Source: Candidatus Woesearchaeota archaeon (GTDB taxonomy: Archaea > Nanobdellota > Nanobdellia > Woesearchaeales > UBA12501). From it: a stretch of DNA of 54,041 nucleotides. Position numbers and translations under genes: made by a program. The stretch covers positions 1 through 54,041 of the forward strand of contig JAWOBY010000021.1 of assembly GCA_046484055.1 (NCBI GenBank). Direction: 5' to 3'. This document shows, one piece after another, positions 18,845 through 28,148 of the stretch. Numbering within the stretch: position 1 is the first letter of the stretch; each line of letters opens with the position of its first letter. Below the pieces are notes generated by a model. That model searched no databases and had not been told where the DNA came from. It saw nothing but the letters and a program-made list of their open reading frames with translations.

Positions 18845-19025
18845 TGCGCCGGCCGGGACTTTCGAACGAGGGTTTTACGACTTAAGTCAACCGACGGATT
18901 TTACTGCGCAAACCCTCAAGTTTTCGAACCCGGATCAAAGGCTCTCTTCGCCCTGGCCTGAGGCCGGCGGATTATGGACCCGGATGCGTGGAAGGCCTCT
19001 ATCCTAGCCATTAGACTACCGGCGC
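18845..19025 (-). tRNA. tRNA-Gly(UCC) with two introns (18944-18988 at 37/38; 18859-18922 at 59/60)
   Basis: Spliced sequence GCGCCGGTAGTCTAATGGCTAGGATAGAGGCCTTCCA|AGCCTTTGATCCGGGTTCGAA|TCCCGGCCGGCGCA folds to a 72-nt cloverleaf; both junctions form bulge-helix-bulge-type motifs; no encoded CCA. Confidence 0.92.
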
Positions 19026-19059
19026 AAATATTTAAGTGTTATGGATGGAAAATGTCACA

Positions 19060-19075
19060 TTTATAAAGCTTTCTC
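19060..19075 (-). promoter_or_regulatory. BRE/TATA promoter of tRNA-Gly
   Basis: Minus strand GAGAAAGCTTTATAAA ~35 nt upstream of the mature 5' end. Confidence 0.7.
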
Positions 19076-19077
19076 AA

Positions 19078-20112
19078 TCATAAGGCCTTTTCAAGCTCTT
19101 CCAGAAACTTCTTCGCATCATCTGCTTTGACGCAGGCCCCGCATGCATGCTCATGGCCCCCTCCATATCCCTCAACATCATTGAGGGCCTTTTCTAAAGC
19201 AGGGGGGATAAGCTTATCTGTGGCCCTTATGCTGAACTTGATCTCTCCTGCCTTCTCTCTCCCCACTATTATTATCTTTGAGGGGTATTTGTAGAGGAGC
19301 TCGTTCGCAAGCTCGCTGGAGAAGCTGTACTTCTCACCTTTGTATATGAACACGACCATCATCTTCTTTGTTACTTTTTCCAGTCCTTTGCTGAGCAGCT
19401 CGTCATAATACCTGTTTATCATCTCATAACGCTTGTGGATGAATCTTCCCTTGGGAGTCTTCTGGTCCAGTATCTCGTAAGGGCTTTCTATGCGGGTCAG
19501 GACCTTCATGCATTTGATGACCTCACTGGTAGCGCCCTTGAGCACGAAAGAGAAAACCTTCACCAGCTCGCCGAGCCTTGATGCGAAAAGGGCGTCCTTC
19601 TGCTCTTTGATACTCTTGTCAAGCAGGTCAGGATATTCTTCTATGAAATCATTCCAGTAATCGGGCTTCTGCCAGTCTCCTATGGCGCCGACCATGGCAA
19701 TCCAGATATCCCTCTTCACCACTTCATAGCACACTCTTGTTATGCATGTGTCATCATCAGGGTCATGCTTCCGCGGGTTGAATGTGACTGCATGCTGCAC
19801 AGGCGCAGGATTGTGGTGGTCTATCCAGAAGCACGGCACATTCAGCTCTGCCACCTTATCAAAGAACTCCTGGTCCACGACAGGCACATCAAGTATGAAC
19901 ACCTTGTCGGGACCGTATTCCTCCACTTTTTTTGCGAACCTCGAATCCATGCCTGGGTGGGTCTTGACGACAATCCCCTTCCCTTCAATCTTGTAGCGGT
20001 AGAACAGGAGGAAGCTGCACAGGCCGTCAGCATCATCATGGAAGAAGAACAATGGCCTCTTGCAGTTGTCAAGCTCTTCCCTGATTTTTGTGATCTCGTC
20101 TTCCGGAATCAT
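19078..20112 (-). CDS. DHH/DHHA1 phosphoesterase (RecJ/NrnA/GAN-like)
   Basis: HDDADG, ILD, IDHH, GGGH. Confidence 0.92.
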   Translation of the reverse strand: MIPEDEITKIREELDNCKRPLFFFHDDADGLCSFLLFYRYKIEGKGIVVKTHPGMDSRFAKKVEEYGPDKVFILDVPVVDQEFFDKVAELNVPCFWIDHHNPAPVQHAVTFNPRKHDPDDDTCITRVCYEVVKRDIWIAMVGAIGDWQKPDYWNDFIEEYPDLLDKSIKEQKDALFASRLGELVKVFSFVLKGATSEVIKCMKVLTRIESPYEILDQKTPKGRFIHKRYEMINRYYDELLSKGLEKVTKKMMVVFIYKGEKYSFSSELANELLYKYPSKIIIVGREKAGEIKFSIRATDKLIPPALEKALNDVEGYGGGHEHACGACVKADDAKKFLEELEKAL

Positions 20113-20253
20113 TTTAGCACGCCAAACAAAAAAATATTAAACAAACACCCTGTCTTACAAGCGTCTTAGGGCATCTGGATATGAAGGGAAACTTGTAATA
20201 TAAGCATCGAACAAGAGCATTTTTTAAGCTTTGCGGTCAAACCGGTCCGCCTG

Positions 20254-20958
20254 CTAAACCCTCTTCACCTTCGCTCCCCTCAAGGCATTGTCAAGTCCAG
20301 ACATGGCCCCCGAACCCTTCATCTTCCCAGTGTCGGAATCGCCGTTTATGTTCACCACGAACATATCCCCTTTCTTGTCCGAGTACATGTTGTGGAAGTC
20401 GAACATCGCGCCTATGACTGTGAGACCGCCTTCATCCACCTGCTTCCGATACTTTTTCACTGCGTACGCCACCTGCTCATCCACATTCTGCTGCGCGTAT
20501 TTCGTCTCCCTGAGAGTGATATCCTCATCCTCAAACCCTCCTGTGAGCTTCTCCTTGAGGCTGTCAAGCTCTTTCCTTATGCTGTCAGGCTCAGAAGAGT
20601 AGTCTCCCAGCGCTGCATGGACTGCTCCGCAGTGGGTGTGGCCCATGACCATGAGCACAGGAGTCTTCAGGTGCAGGACGCCGTAATCGACAGAGCCCTC
20701 TGCTGTCGCGACCTGATTGCCTATGTTCTCTATGCCGAATATGTAGTTGGTCGTGTTCATGTCAAAAACATTTGACTGCACTCTTGAATCCGAGCAGTAA
20801 ACCAGAGTGAGCTTGGGGCTCTGCCCTGTGAGCAGGCCTTCATAATGCTCATCAGGAGTCTTCTCCGCGTGTCTGGCATTTCCCTCAAAAATCTGCTTCA
20901 ATACATCCTTTGCTTCCATCATCTCAAACCCCTCAATCTTGTTCTTTGAATCTGTCAC
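20254..20958 (-). CDS. Beta-class carbonic anhydrase
   Basis: CSDSR, NIGN, GSVDYGV, GHTHCGAV; start overlaps the atpD stop. Confidence 0.92.
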   Translation of the reverse strand: MTDSKNKIEGFEMMEAKDVLKQIFEGNARHAEKTPDEHYEGLLTGQSPKLTLVYCSDSRVQSNVFDMNTTNYIFGIENIGNQVATAEGSVDYGVLHLKTPVLMVMGHTHCGAVHAALGDYSSEPDSIRKELDSLKEKLTGGFEDEDITLRETKYAQQNVDEQVAYAVKKYRKQVDEGGLTVIGAMFDFHNMYSDKKGDMFVVNINGDSDTGKMKGSGAMSGLDNALRGAKVKRV

Positions 20959-21569
20959 CCTTTTATCCTCTTGAGCCTGAAGACATTCTCCCTCTCCATC
21001 TCCTCAAGCCTGAACCTGATGAACTCCACTGTCTTCTCCATCTCAGGTATGACCGCGAACTCAAGAGCATTCACCCTTCTCTTTGTCTTCTCTATCTCCT
21101 GAAGCATCTTCTTCATTGATGTCTCAATCTCCGCGGCCTCTATTATCTTCTCCACCACCCTCTCATAGGCGGAAGCGGCTTCCTCTATGGAGAATGAGCT
21201 CTCTGCAAGGCCGTAACCCCTCTCGAACATGGTCTTCTGGAGGCCTTCGCTCTCGATCCTGGGCACTGTCACACCCATTATGTTCTTTGTCTTCAGGCTC
21301 ACCTCAGGCTCTGACGTTATGGCCATTGCCATGGACCTTATCTTCTCGTCCGACTCAGTAACCCTCGCTATGTTCATCGCATTGACTGCCTTCTTGTACT
21401 CCTCCACCAGCTCCTGCCTGAGAGTCTTGGCCTTCTTGAGTATCTCGAAGAAATCGAGTATGAGTCCGTCCCTCTTCTTCTTCAGGAGATTGTATCCTGA
21501 ATTGGCCAGCTTCACCTTGTTCTTGAGCTTTATCAGCTCGCTCCTTGTGGGTTTCACATCAAGCGCCAT
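20955..21569 (-). CDS. atpD: A/V-type ATP synthase subunit D
   Basis: KPTRSEL, LLKKKRDGL, TKRRVNALE, EMERE..FRLK. Confidence 0.96.
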   Translation of the reverse strand: MALDVKPTRSELIKLKNKVKLANSGYNLLKKKRDGLILDFFEILKKAKTLRQELVEEYKKAVNAMNIARVTESDEKIRSMAMAITSEPEVSLKTKNIMGVTVPRIESEGLQKTMFERGYGLAESSFSIEEAASAYERVVEKIIEAAEIETSMKKMLQEIEKTKRRVNALEFAVIPEMEKTVEFIRFRLEEMERENVFRLKRIKG

Positions 21570-21635
21570 TTTCGTGTTTCATCCCCTGTTCGCATCCGAT
21601 ATTGCATGTTCCTTCCTGATTCTATTTTCCTAATC

Positions 21636-23273
21636 CTATTTCTTTCTCTTCGCTTTACCTGATTTACTCGCGGATTTAGGTTTGGCTTTCTTCTTTGATT
21701 TCGCTTTTTTCTTTGCTTTTTTTACTGCCTTCTGTCCCGGCTTCTTTGCAGCCCCTGACTTTCCGGAAGCGCCCTTTGCAGACTTCGCTGATTTCCTTGC
21801 AGAGCCTGCCTTCTTAGCGGGGGCACTGGCTGACTTCCCAGCGGCCTTGCCTTCTGAGGCCCTGCTCCCAGCTTCTTCCTCATCTCCCTTACTGCCTGCC
21901 TCTCCTGCTTCCTTGCCGTAGTACTTCTCCTTGAGTTCAGGGCTGATCCTTGTCAGCTCATCCTTGGGTATTGATACCAGAAGGCTCCATCCGTGTGTGA
22001 GGGTCTGCGCTATGCTCCTGTCCTCTGTCCTGCCCTGCCTTACAAACTTGTCCTCAAAGCTCTCCGCGAACTTGAGGAGCTTCTTGTCCCTGTCGCTCAG
22101 GGCTTCCTCTCCCACTATAGCGACAAGGCCTCTGAGGTCCCTTCCTTCAGCGTAATTCGCGTAGAGCTGGTCCGACACCTGCTTGTGGTCCTCTCTTGTC
22201 TTGCCCTTGCCTATGCCCATGTTCATGAGCCTTGAAAGCGAAGGCAGTACATCTATGGGAGGGTAGATATTCTTCCTGTGCAGTTCCCTGCTCAGGACTA
22301 TCTGGCCCTCGGTGATGTACCCTGTAAGGTCAGGTATGGGGTGAGTGATGTCATCACCGATCATGGTGAGGATGGGGAATTGTGTTATGGATCCTTTCCT
22401 TCCCTCCACCATTCCCGCTCTCTCGTATATCTGCGCGAGATCTGTATACATGTAGCCGGGGTAGCCCCTCCTTCCGGGGATCTCTTCCCTTGCTGCTCCG
22501 ATCTCCCTCAGGCTCTCGCAGTAGTTCGTCATGTCTGTCAGTATGACCAGCACGTGCATGTCCTTCTCATATGCGAAGTATTCAGCTGCAGTAAGCGCCA
22601 TCTTGGGTGTTATGATCCTCTCCACTGCCGGATCGTCCGCAAGGTTGAGGAAGACCACGCTCTGCTCAAGAGCTCCTGTCTCCTCAAAATCCCTTATGAA
22701 GTGCTGGGCCTCCTCGTTGGTTATTCCCATCGCGGCGAATATCACAAGGAATTTTTCTGACTGTCCTGTAACCTTCGCCTGCCTTGCGATCTGAAGTGCT
22801 ATCTCATTGTGGGGCAGTCCTGACCCTGAGAATATCGGAAGCTTCTGCCCCCTCACAAGAGTGTTCATCGCGTCTATCGTTGATATGCCTGTCTGGATGA
22901 AATCCTTTGGGGGCGCCCTTGAGTAAGGGTTGATTGCAGCCCCTATTATGTCCATCTTCTTCTCAGGTATTATCTCCGGCCCGCCGTCAATCGGCTTGCC
23001 AGCGCCGTTGAGTATCCTCCCCATCATCTCTTCAGAGACAGGAAGCTTTATTGTCTCGCCGAGGAACTTCACCTTTGAATTCTTGTCTATGCCGCTTGTC
23101 CCCTCAAACACCTGCACCACTACCTTATCCTCACTGGTGTCAAGCACCTGGCCGTTCTTCACTGAGCCGTCAGGCAGGCTTAACCTCACAAGGTCAGAAT
23201 AACCTATAGGCTCTGTCTTCTCCACAAAGACGAGGGGTCCCGCAATCCTTTTTATTGTCCTGTATTCTTTCAT
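21636..23273 (-). CDS. atpB: A/V-type ATP synthase subunit B with ~90-aa Lys/Ala-rich C-terminal tail
   Basis: [41 protein letters not shown]. Confidence 0.97.
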   Translation of the reverse strand: MKEYRTIKRIAGPLVFVEKTEPIGYSDLVRLSLPDGSVKNGQVLDTSEDKVVVQVFEGTSGIDKNSKVKFLGETIKLPVSEEMMGRILNGAGKPIDGGPEIIPEKKMDIIGAAINPYSRAPPKDFIQTGISTIDAMNTLVRGQKLPIFSGSGLPHNEIALQIARQAKVTGQSEKFLVIFAAMGITNEEAQHFIRDFEETGALEQSVVFLNLADDPAVERIITPKMALTAAEYFAYEKDMHVLVILTDMTNYCESLREIGAAREEIPGRRGYPGYMYTDLAQIYERAGMVEGRKGSITQFPILTMIGDDITHPIPDLTGYITEGQIVLSRELHRKNIYPPIDVLPSLSRLMNMGIGKGKTREDHKQVSDQLYANYAEGRDLRGLVAIVGEEALSDRDKKLLKFAESFEDKFVRQGRTEDRSIAQTLTHGWSLLVSIPKDELTRISPELKEKYYGKEAGEAGSKGDEEEAGSRASEGKAAGKSASAPAKKAGSARKSAKSAKGASGKSGAAKKPGQKAVKKAKKKAKSKKKAKPKSASKSGKAKRKK

Positions 23274-23326
23274 GATATCACCCTGCTAACGCTGATTTTA
23301 CAATGCTGTTTCATTTGGTGTCCTGC

Positions 23327-25165
23327 TCATTTGACTATCCTGTCGAACTCTGAATCCATCTCCTTCTGCACCTCGTTAAGGAGCTTCTCGTGCTGCTTCG
23401 TGAACTTTGCATCAGCCACCTTGTTCTTTGATTTTATCCCCATTATGTCCTGCACTCTCGCTCCCTTGTCAAGAGCGTTCTCCGCAAGATCAGCAAAATG
23501 GAGTATGGTCTTCATTATGAGATGGTTCTTGCTCAGGTCAGAGAAGGTGTCCACATCATGGAAGGCGTTCTGCTGCAGCAGGAATTCCCTGGCCATCCTT
23601 GCCACTTCCAGTGTCAGCTGTTCCCTCTCAGGCAGGGCATCCGATCCCACGAGCTGCACTATCTCCATCAGCTTGTCCTCCTGCTGGAGTATGTCCATCA
23701 TCCTGTCTATCAGCTGCCTCCAGTCTGAAGCCACATTCCTGGCCAACCAGGGCTCAAGGGAATCAAGATAAAGCGAGTACGAGGTCAGCCAGTTTATGGA
23801 GGGGAAATGCCTCTTCTGCGCGAGTTTTGCATCAAGGGCCCAGAATGTCTTTGTCACCCTCAGCGTTCCCTGCGTTACCGGCTCTGAGAAATCCCCGCCG
23901 GGAGGACTCACCGCCCCTATTATGGTGACCGAGCCTTCCTTGCCTTCCTCTGATCCAGGCTCCTTGCCGAGAGGTATCACTCTTCCTGCCCTCTCATAGA
24001 ACTCAGCGAGCCTCGTGGAAAGATAAGCAGGGTATCCCTCCTCACCTGGCATCTCCTCAAGCCTTGATGATATCTCTCTCATCGCTTCAGCCCATCTTGA
24101 TGTTGAGTCAGCCATAAGAGCGACGCTGTATCCCATATCCCTGAAGTATTCCGCCATGGTTATTCCTGTATATACAGATGCCTCTCTCGCCGCAACCGGC
24201 ATGTTTGATGTGTTCGCTATGAGGACTGTCCTGTCCATGAGAGGCCTTCCTGTCTTCGGGTCTGTGAGGTGGGGGAATTCAGTGAGTACCTCTGTCATCT
24301 CATTGCCCCTCTCCCCGCATCCGATATACACTATGATATCCGCGTCGCACCATTTTGCCAGCTGCTGCTGGGACACTGTCTTGCCCGCGCCGAAAGGGCC
24401 GGGAATCGCTGCAGTACCCCCTTTGGCCAGCGGAAATAGCACGTCGAATATCCTCTGGCCCGTTATCAGCGGCATCTCGGGAGCCAGCTTCCTGCTGCTC
24501 GGCCTCGGCACCCTGACAGGCCATTCCTGTTTCATCTTTATCTCTTTCCCGCCGACTTTGGCTATGACTTCATCCACAGTGAATTTTCCTGATCTTATGC
24601 CTGTGATTTTTCCGCTTAATTTCGGGGGGACCATTACCTTATGGACAAGGCCTTCTGTTTCCTTGACCTCCCCTATTATGTCCCCCTGTTTGACCTCGTC
24701 GCCGTCCTTCACCACGGCCTTGAAATCCCATTTCTTTTCGTGGTCCAGGCCTGCTGCCTCGACACCTCTTGATATGAAATCCCCTATGTCCTTCTTTATG
24801 ACAGGAAGAGGCCTTTGTATCCCGTCATAGATGCTCTTGAGCATGCCCGGGCCCAGCTGTACCGCCAGAGGTATCCCTGTGTTCAGTACAGGCTCTCCAG
24901 GCTTTATGCCCGAAGTGTCCTCATATACCTGTATCACTGTGCTGTCCTCTGTTATCTGGATGACCTCGCCCATGAGTTTCTCCTTGCCCACACGGACAAC
25001 ATCATACATCCTCGCCTTGAGGCCTTTGGCCACCACGACAGGGCCCGCTATCCTGTAAAGGGTTCCCCTGCCTGATCCTGTGCCGGAGCCTGCGCCGCTG
25101 CCTGATGATCGGGCCGGTCCTTCCTTCACTGATCCTTTTTTTGATGCTGTTTTTGTTTTTGCCAT
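23327..25165 (-). CDS. atpA: A/V-type ATP synthase subunit A
   Basis: [35 protein letters not shown]; Gly/Ser-rich N-terminal extension; no intein. Confidence 0.97.
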   Translation of the reverse strand: MAKTKTASKKGSVKEGPARSSGSGAGSGTGSGRGTLYRIAGPVVVAKGLKARMYDVVRVGKEKLMGEVIQITEDSTVIQVYEDTSGIKPGEPVLNTGIPLAVQLGPGMLKSIYDGIQRPLPVIKKDIGDFISRGVEAAGLDHEKKWDFKAVVKDGDEVKQGDIIGEVKETEGLVHKVMVPPKLSGKITGIRSGKFTVDEVIAKVGGKEIKMKQEWPVRVPRPSSRKLAPEMPLITGQRIFDVLFPLAKGGTAAIPGPFGAGKTVSQQQLAKWCDADIIVYIGCGERGNEMTEVLTEFPHLTDPKTGRPLMDRTVLIANTSNMPVAAREASVYTGITMAEYFRDMGYSVALMADSTSRWAEAMREISSRLEEMPGEEGYPAYLSTRLAEFYERAGRVIPLGKEPGSEEGKEGSVTIIGAVSPPGGDFSEPVTQGTLRVTKTFWALDAKLAQKRHFPSINWLTSYSLYLDSLEPWLARNVASDWRQLIDRMMDILQQEDKLMEIVQLVGSDALPEREQLTLEVARMAREFLLQQNAFHDVDTFSDLSKNHLIMKTILHFADLAENALDKGARVQDIMGIKSKNKVADAKFTKQHEKLLNEVQKEMDSEFDRIVK

Positions 25166-25215
25166 CTTATCACCTTAACAATGATTGTTCTGTTTTTTGA
25201 TTCCTTTCTTGATCT

Positions 25216-25632
25216 TCATTGCTTCCAGAGGTCCACACCTATCGATTTTATTATCATCTTCCTCAGGGCGTCCTGTGCGCTGGCCTCGGTGGATACCACG
25301 ACTGTCACGGGCTTTACTGATGATTCCACTTCTTCCCTCATCCTGTCATCAAGCTTTCCCATCGTCTTTTCATCCGTCACTATTATCCCTGTCTTTCCGT
25401 CTTCCATCAGTTCTTTTATCCTGCCTGATGCTGCTGAAGGATCCTCCACATCAAAGGATCTCCTTATGCCCGCTATCCTGAATCCGAGGGTGAAGTCCGG
25501 GCCCCCTACTACAGCGATGCCTGATTTTGCGCCATCCGCATCCCTGCCTTTGTTTTCCCGGCTTCCCGCCTTATTAGGATGGTCCTTCGTTTTCACCTTC
25601 TCTTCGCCTGCCATCTTCTCTTCGCCTGCCAT
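25216..25632 (-). CDS. atpF: A/V-type ATP synthase subunit F (start uncertain: 25614, 25632 or 25656)
   Basis: IAVVGGPDFTLGFRIAG ... KSIGVDLW; N-terminal 18-bp repeats. Confidence 0.9.
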   Translation of the reverse strand: MAGEEKMAGEEKVKTKDHPNKAGSRENKGRDADGAKSGIAVVGGPDFTLGFRIAGIRRSFDVEDPSAASGRIKELMEDGKTGIIVTDEKTMGKLDDRMREEVESSVKPVTVVVSTEASAQDALRKMIIKSIGVDLWKQ

Positions 25633-25684
25633 CTTCTCTTCGCCTGCCGATCTCACATCACAATCTCTCTCACATCACAATCTC
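25597..25684. repeat. 18-bp tandem repeat x3 (atpF start) and 17-bp tandem repeat x2 (atpC stop)
   Basis: CTTCTCTTCGCCTGCCAT at 25597-25648; TCTCACATCACAATCTC at 25651-25684. Confidence 0.9.
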
Positions 25685-26758
25685 TTTCTCTATGAAATCC
25701 TCCTGCATTCCGAGCTGCTTGCCTTTTATTATGGTCTTGAGATTCCTTATCTCTATCTCCTTTGCGAACATGTAACCGAGTATCACATCCACTGAAAGGG
25801 GGTGCTGGTGGAGCAGCAGTGCCGCCTTGTCAAGCAAGTGCTTGTTCAGCACGAGCTCTATTTCCATAAGGCTCTCTTTCTTCTCCACCCCCTTGGGCAT
25901 GAAACCGTATCCTGCCCTCTTCATGGCGTTGATTATGCTCTCTGTGCTGTCCATGCCCGCCAGCCTGTCCAGATCCTTCCTGCCGAGCCTGGCGCCGGGG
26001 CAGAGGAAGTATTTTCCTATCTCATCCCCGCTCAGACCCTGCTGTTTCAGCCTGAGCAGGATCCTTATGTTTATTATGTCTATCTCGTTCTCCACGAACT
26101 GCCTGAAGAGATGCCCCTGCCTGGGCAGTTTCCTGGCGAATGCCAGGAGGTATGAATAATAATCCTTGTCTATCGCGTTCTCCAGATCAAAGAGGTTGCC
26201 TTTCTCCCTGTAGCCGGGAAGGACCTCCTTCAGGTTATCGAACCTCATGAATTTGAGGGAGCTTATGATCTCCTCGACAGACTGCTTGTCCGCAAGGGCT
26301 GAAAGGTATTCCTCCCCCAAGGCGCCGACAGGCACGAGCAGGTCCATTATCATCTCTTTTTCCTGGCCGCTGTGCACCCCTCTCAGGATCGCCTTTATGT
26401 TCCATATGTCTTTCCTCATCATGTACGCGTTTATCACCCTCGCCAGCCCTTCGTCCTCTGATATCCTTTTCAGCTTCCTGACCGTCCTGATCAGGTTCGC
26501 ATTCAGAGCGCTTTCTATCAGGTCCACGCCTGACCTTGATGAGGCGAGCTCGTCAATCTCCCTCTTGTATTCTGTGTCCTGCAGGAATCTTGTTATATCA
26601 TTGATCCCCATCTTGAGAACCTTGTAATAGCCGTCCCTCTTTATGAGTCTGGCTTTCATCACGCTTACTCTTGCGTAAGTGTAGGGGTACTCCCTCAATC
26701 TCACTTTTTCTATATTCTCCCCGGGCATTTCAGCGCCCGCAATGATCGCTTTTGCCAT
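25670..26758 (-). CDS. atpC: A/V-type ATP synthase subunit C
   Basis: YPYTYARVSVMK, DIWNIKAILRG, KEIEIRNLKTI; operon position. Confidence 0.93.
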   Translation of the reverse strand: MAKAIIAGAEMPGENIEKVRLREYPYTYARVSVMKARLIKRDGYYKVLKMGINDITRFLQDTEYKREIDELASSRSGVDLIESALNANLIRTVRKLKRISEDEGLARVINAYMMRKDIWNIKAILRGVHSGQEKEMIMDLLVPVGALGEEYLSALADKQSVEEIISSLKFMRFDNLKEVLPGYREKGNLFDLENAIDKDYYSYLLAFARKLPRQGHLFRQFVENEIDIINIRILLRLKQQGLSGDEIGKYFLCPGARLGRKDLDRLAGMDSTESIINAMKRAGYGFMPKGVEKKESLMEIELVLNKHLLDKAALLLHQHPLSVDVILGYMFAKEIEIRNLKTIIKGKQLGMQEDFIEKEIVM

Positions 26759-26895
26759 GATTCTTACCCATCCTCCTGCCTGTTCTTATCATACAATATC
26801 TTGCCTGTTTTTACCATATAATATGCAGGCTTGCAATATCATCTGAAGGCTGGCCATGCCTTCTGCAGGTCTTCGGCCAGCCATGCCAGTCATTG

Positions 26896-27005
26896 CCTGT
26901 GATCTTCCCTTCAACTTTCCCTGCAATCTTCCCTGTGATCTCCCCTGCAATCAGCGGCTCCTTCCCCTTCCGCTCTTGTTCCGAGCCCCTTCCGCTCTTG
27001 TTCCG
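26896..27005. repeat. Degenerate 12-bp tandem array plus a 20-bp direct repeat in the atpE-atpC spacer
   Basis: CCTGTGATCTTC-like x~5; CCCCTTCCGCTCTTGTTCCG at 26964 and 26986. Confidence 0.75.
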
Positions 27006-27074
27006 GGATGCAATACCTGTGTTCACTTGCTGTTAAGGGCCTTGTCCGGAGGGGTTCTCCGGCCAGCAGTCCGC

Positions 27075-27641
27075 TCATCCGAAAAGCTTTGCAGCTATCT
27101 CCTGCAGATATTTCTTCTTGACCTCTTCAAGCAGCTCGTCATAGCTCATATCCACGCTGAATTCTCCTCCTTTGCTTTCAGCTATTATACCCCCTGATAT
27201 GTCCGCTGTGCTGCACTTCACGCCCGGCATTTTCTGGACAATCTTCTGCACTATCTTCCTGTCCTCAGGGCTGGAGTAGACTGTCCCGACATCAATCTCC
27301 TTCTTCGCCTTCTCAAGAAGCTTCTTCATCCGCGCCTCCTTGTCCTTATCACTCATGTCCTGCAGGCGTTTCCTCGCGTTTTCAAAGGCCATGTCTATCA
27401 TTTCTTTCTTCTTGTCCAGTTTCATCTTCTTGATGTCAAAATCGGCTGAGGCCAGGGTCTTCTTCTCCATCCTCTCTATCACCTTCCTGTTCTCTTCCTC
27501 TGAGTTCTTCCTGTACTCTTCAGCCTCCTCATCCGCTTTCTTCATCATTTCCTCTGCTTCCTTCTTTCCTCTGCTGATTATGCTGTCCGCTTCCTTCTCT
27601 GCTTTCTGCAGGATTTCCTTTTTTACTTTGTCAAGGCTCAT
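27075..27641 (-). CDS. atpE: A/V-type ATP synthase subunit E
   Basis: MSLDKV coiled coil, GGIIAES, DMSYD..L, IAAKLF. Confidence 0.92.
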   Translation of the reverse strand: MSLDKVKKEILQKAEKEADSIISRGKKEAEEMMKKADEEAEEYRKNSEEENRKVIERMEKKTLASADFDIKKMKLDKKKEMIDMAFENARKRLQDMSDKDKEARMKKLLEKAKKEIDVGTVYSSPEDRKIVQKIVQKMPGVKCSTADISGGIIAESKGGEFSVDMSYDELLEEVKKKYLQEIAAKLFG

Positions 27642-27825
27642 TTTTTTACCTTTTTATCTTCTTTCAGCATTGTTCCTGTCTCGTCTGTTCTTGTTCTCCA
27701 TCATGACTCAGTTTTTCTGTGTCTGGCCCTGCCTGATCCGCATCACTCTGTCAGGCTATTGCAGGCCGGTTCTGCAGGTATCCCCGCAGGCCTCCCTGAA
27801 CAAGGATGGAGGGCCCGGCTTATGC

Positions 27826-28056
27826 CTAATGCCCTGCCATTCCTATTATCAGGATAGCTACCACAAGGCCGAATATCACGATGGTCTCCGGAATCACTGT
27901 GAGGATAAGCCCCTTTCCGAATAGGCCTTCCTTTTCCGCCATCGCGCCCACTGCTGCAGAACCTATCTGCTTTTCTGCTATTGCTGTTGCTATTGCTGTC
28001 ACGCTGATGGCTATTCCCGCGCTCAGCGCAATCAGTCCTGTCCCAAAATCTGCCAT
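27826..28056 (-). CDS. atpK: A/V-type ATP synthase proteolipid subunit K/c (single hairpin)
   Basis: Two TM helices, IAEKQIG ... LTVIPETIVIFG with the ion-binding Glu. Confidence 0.95.
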   Translation of the reverse strand: MADFGTGLIALSAGIAISVTAIATAIAEKQIGSAAVGAMAEKEGLFGKGLILTVIPETIVIFGLVVAILIIGMAGH

Positions 28057-28148
28057 TTTATTACCTCCGTCGTTTTTTGGATTTTCTGTTTTTTGTTATT
28101 TTATGTCCTTTTATGTTCTTTTGCCCCTTTTATTTTCTTCTATCATGT

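Noticed and set aside
18792-19007. 71-aa plus-strand ORF
   Set aside because: Lies antisense over the tRNA-Gly gene
26811-27026. 71-aa ORF within the atp operon
   Set aside because: Made largely of decayed 12-bp repeats and matches no missing subunit; probably spacer, though translation is not excluded
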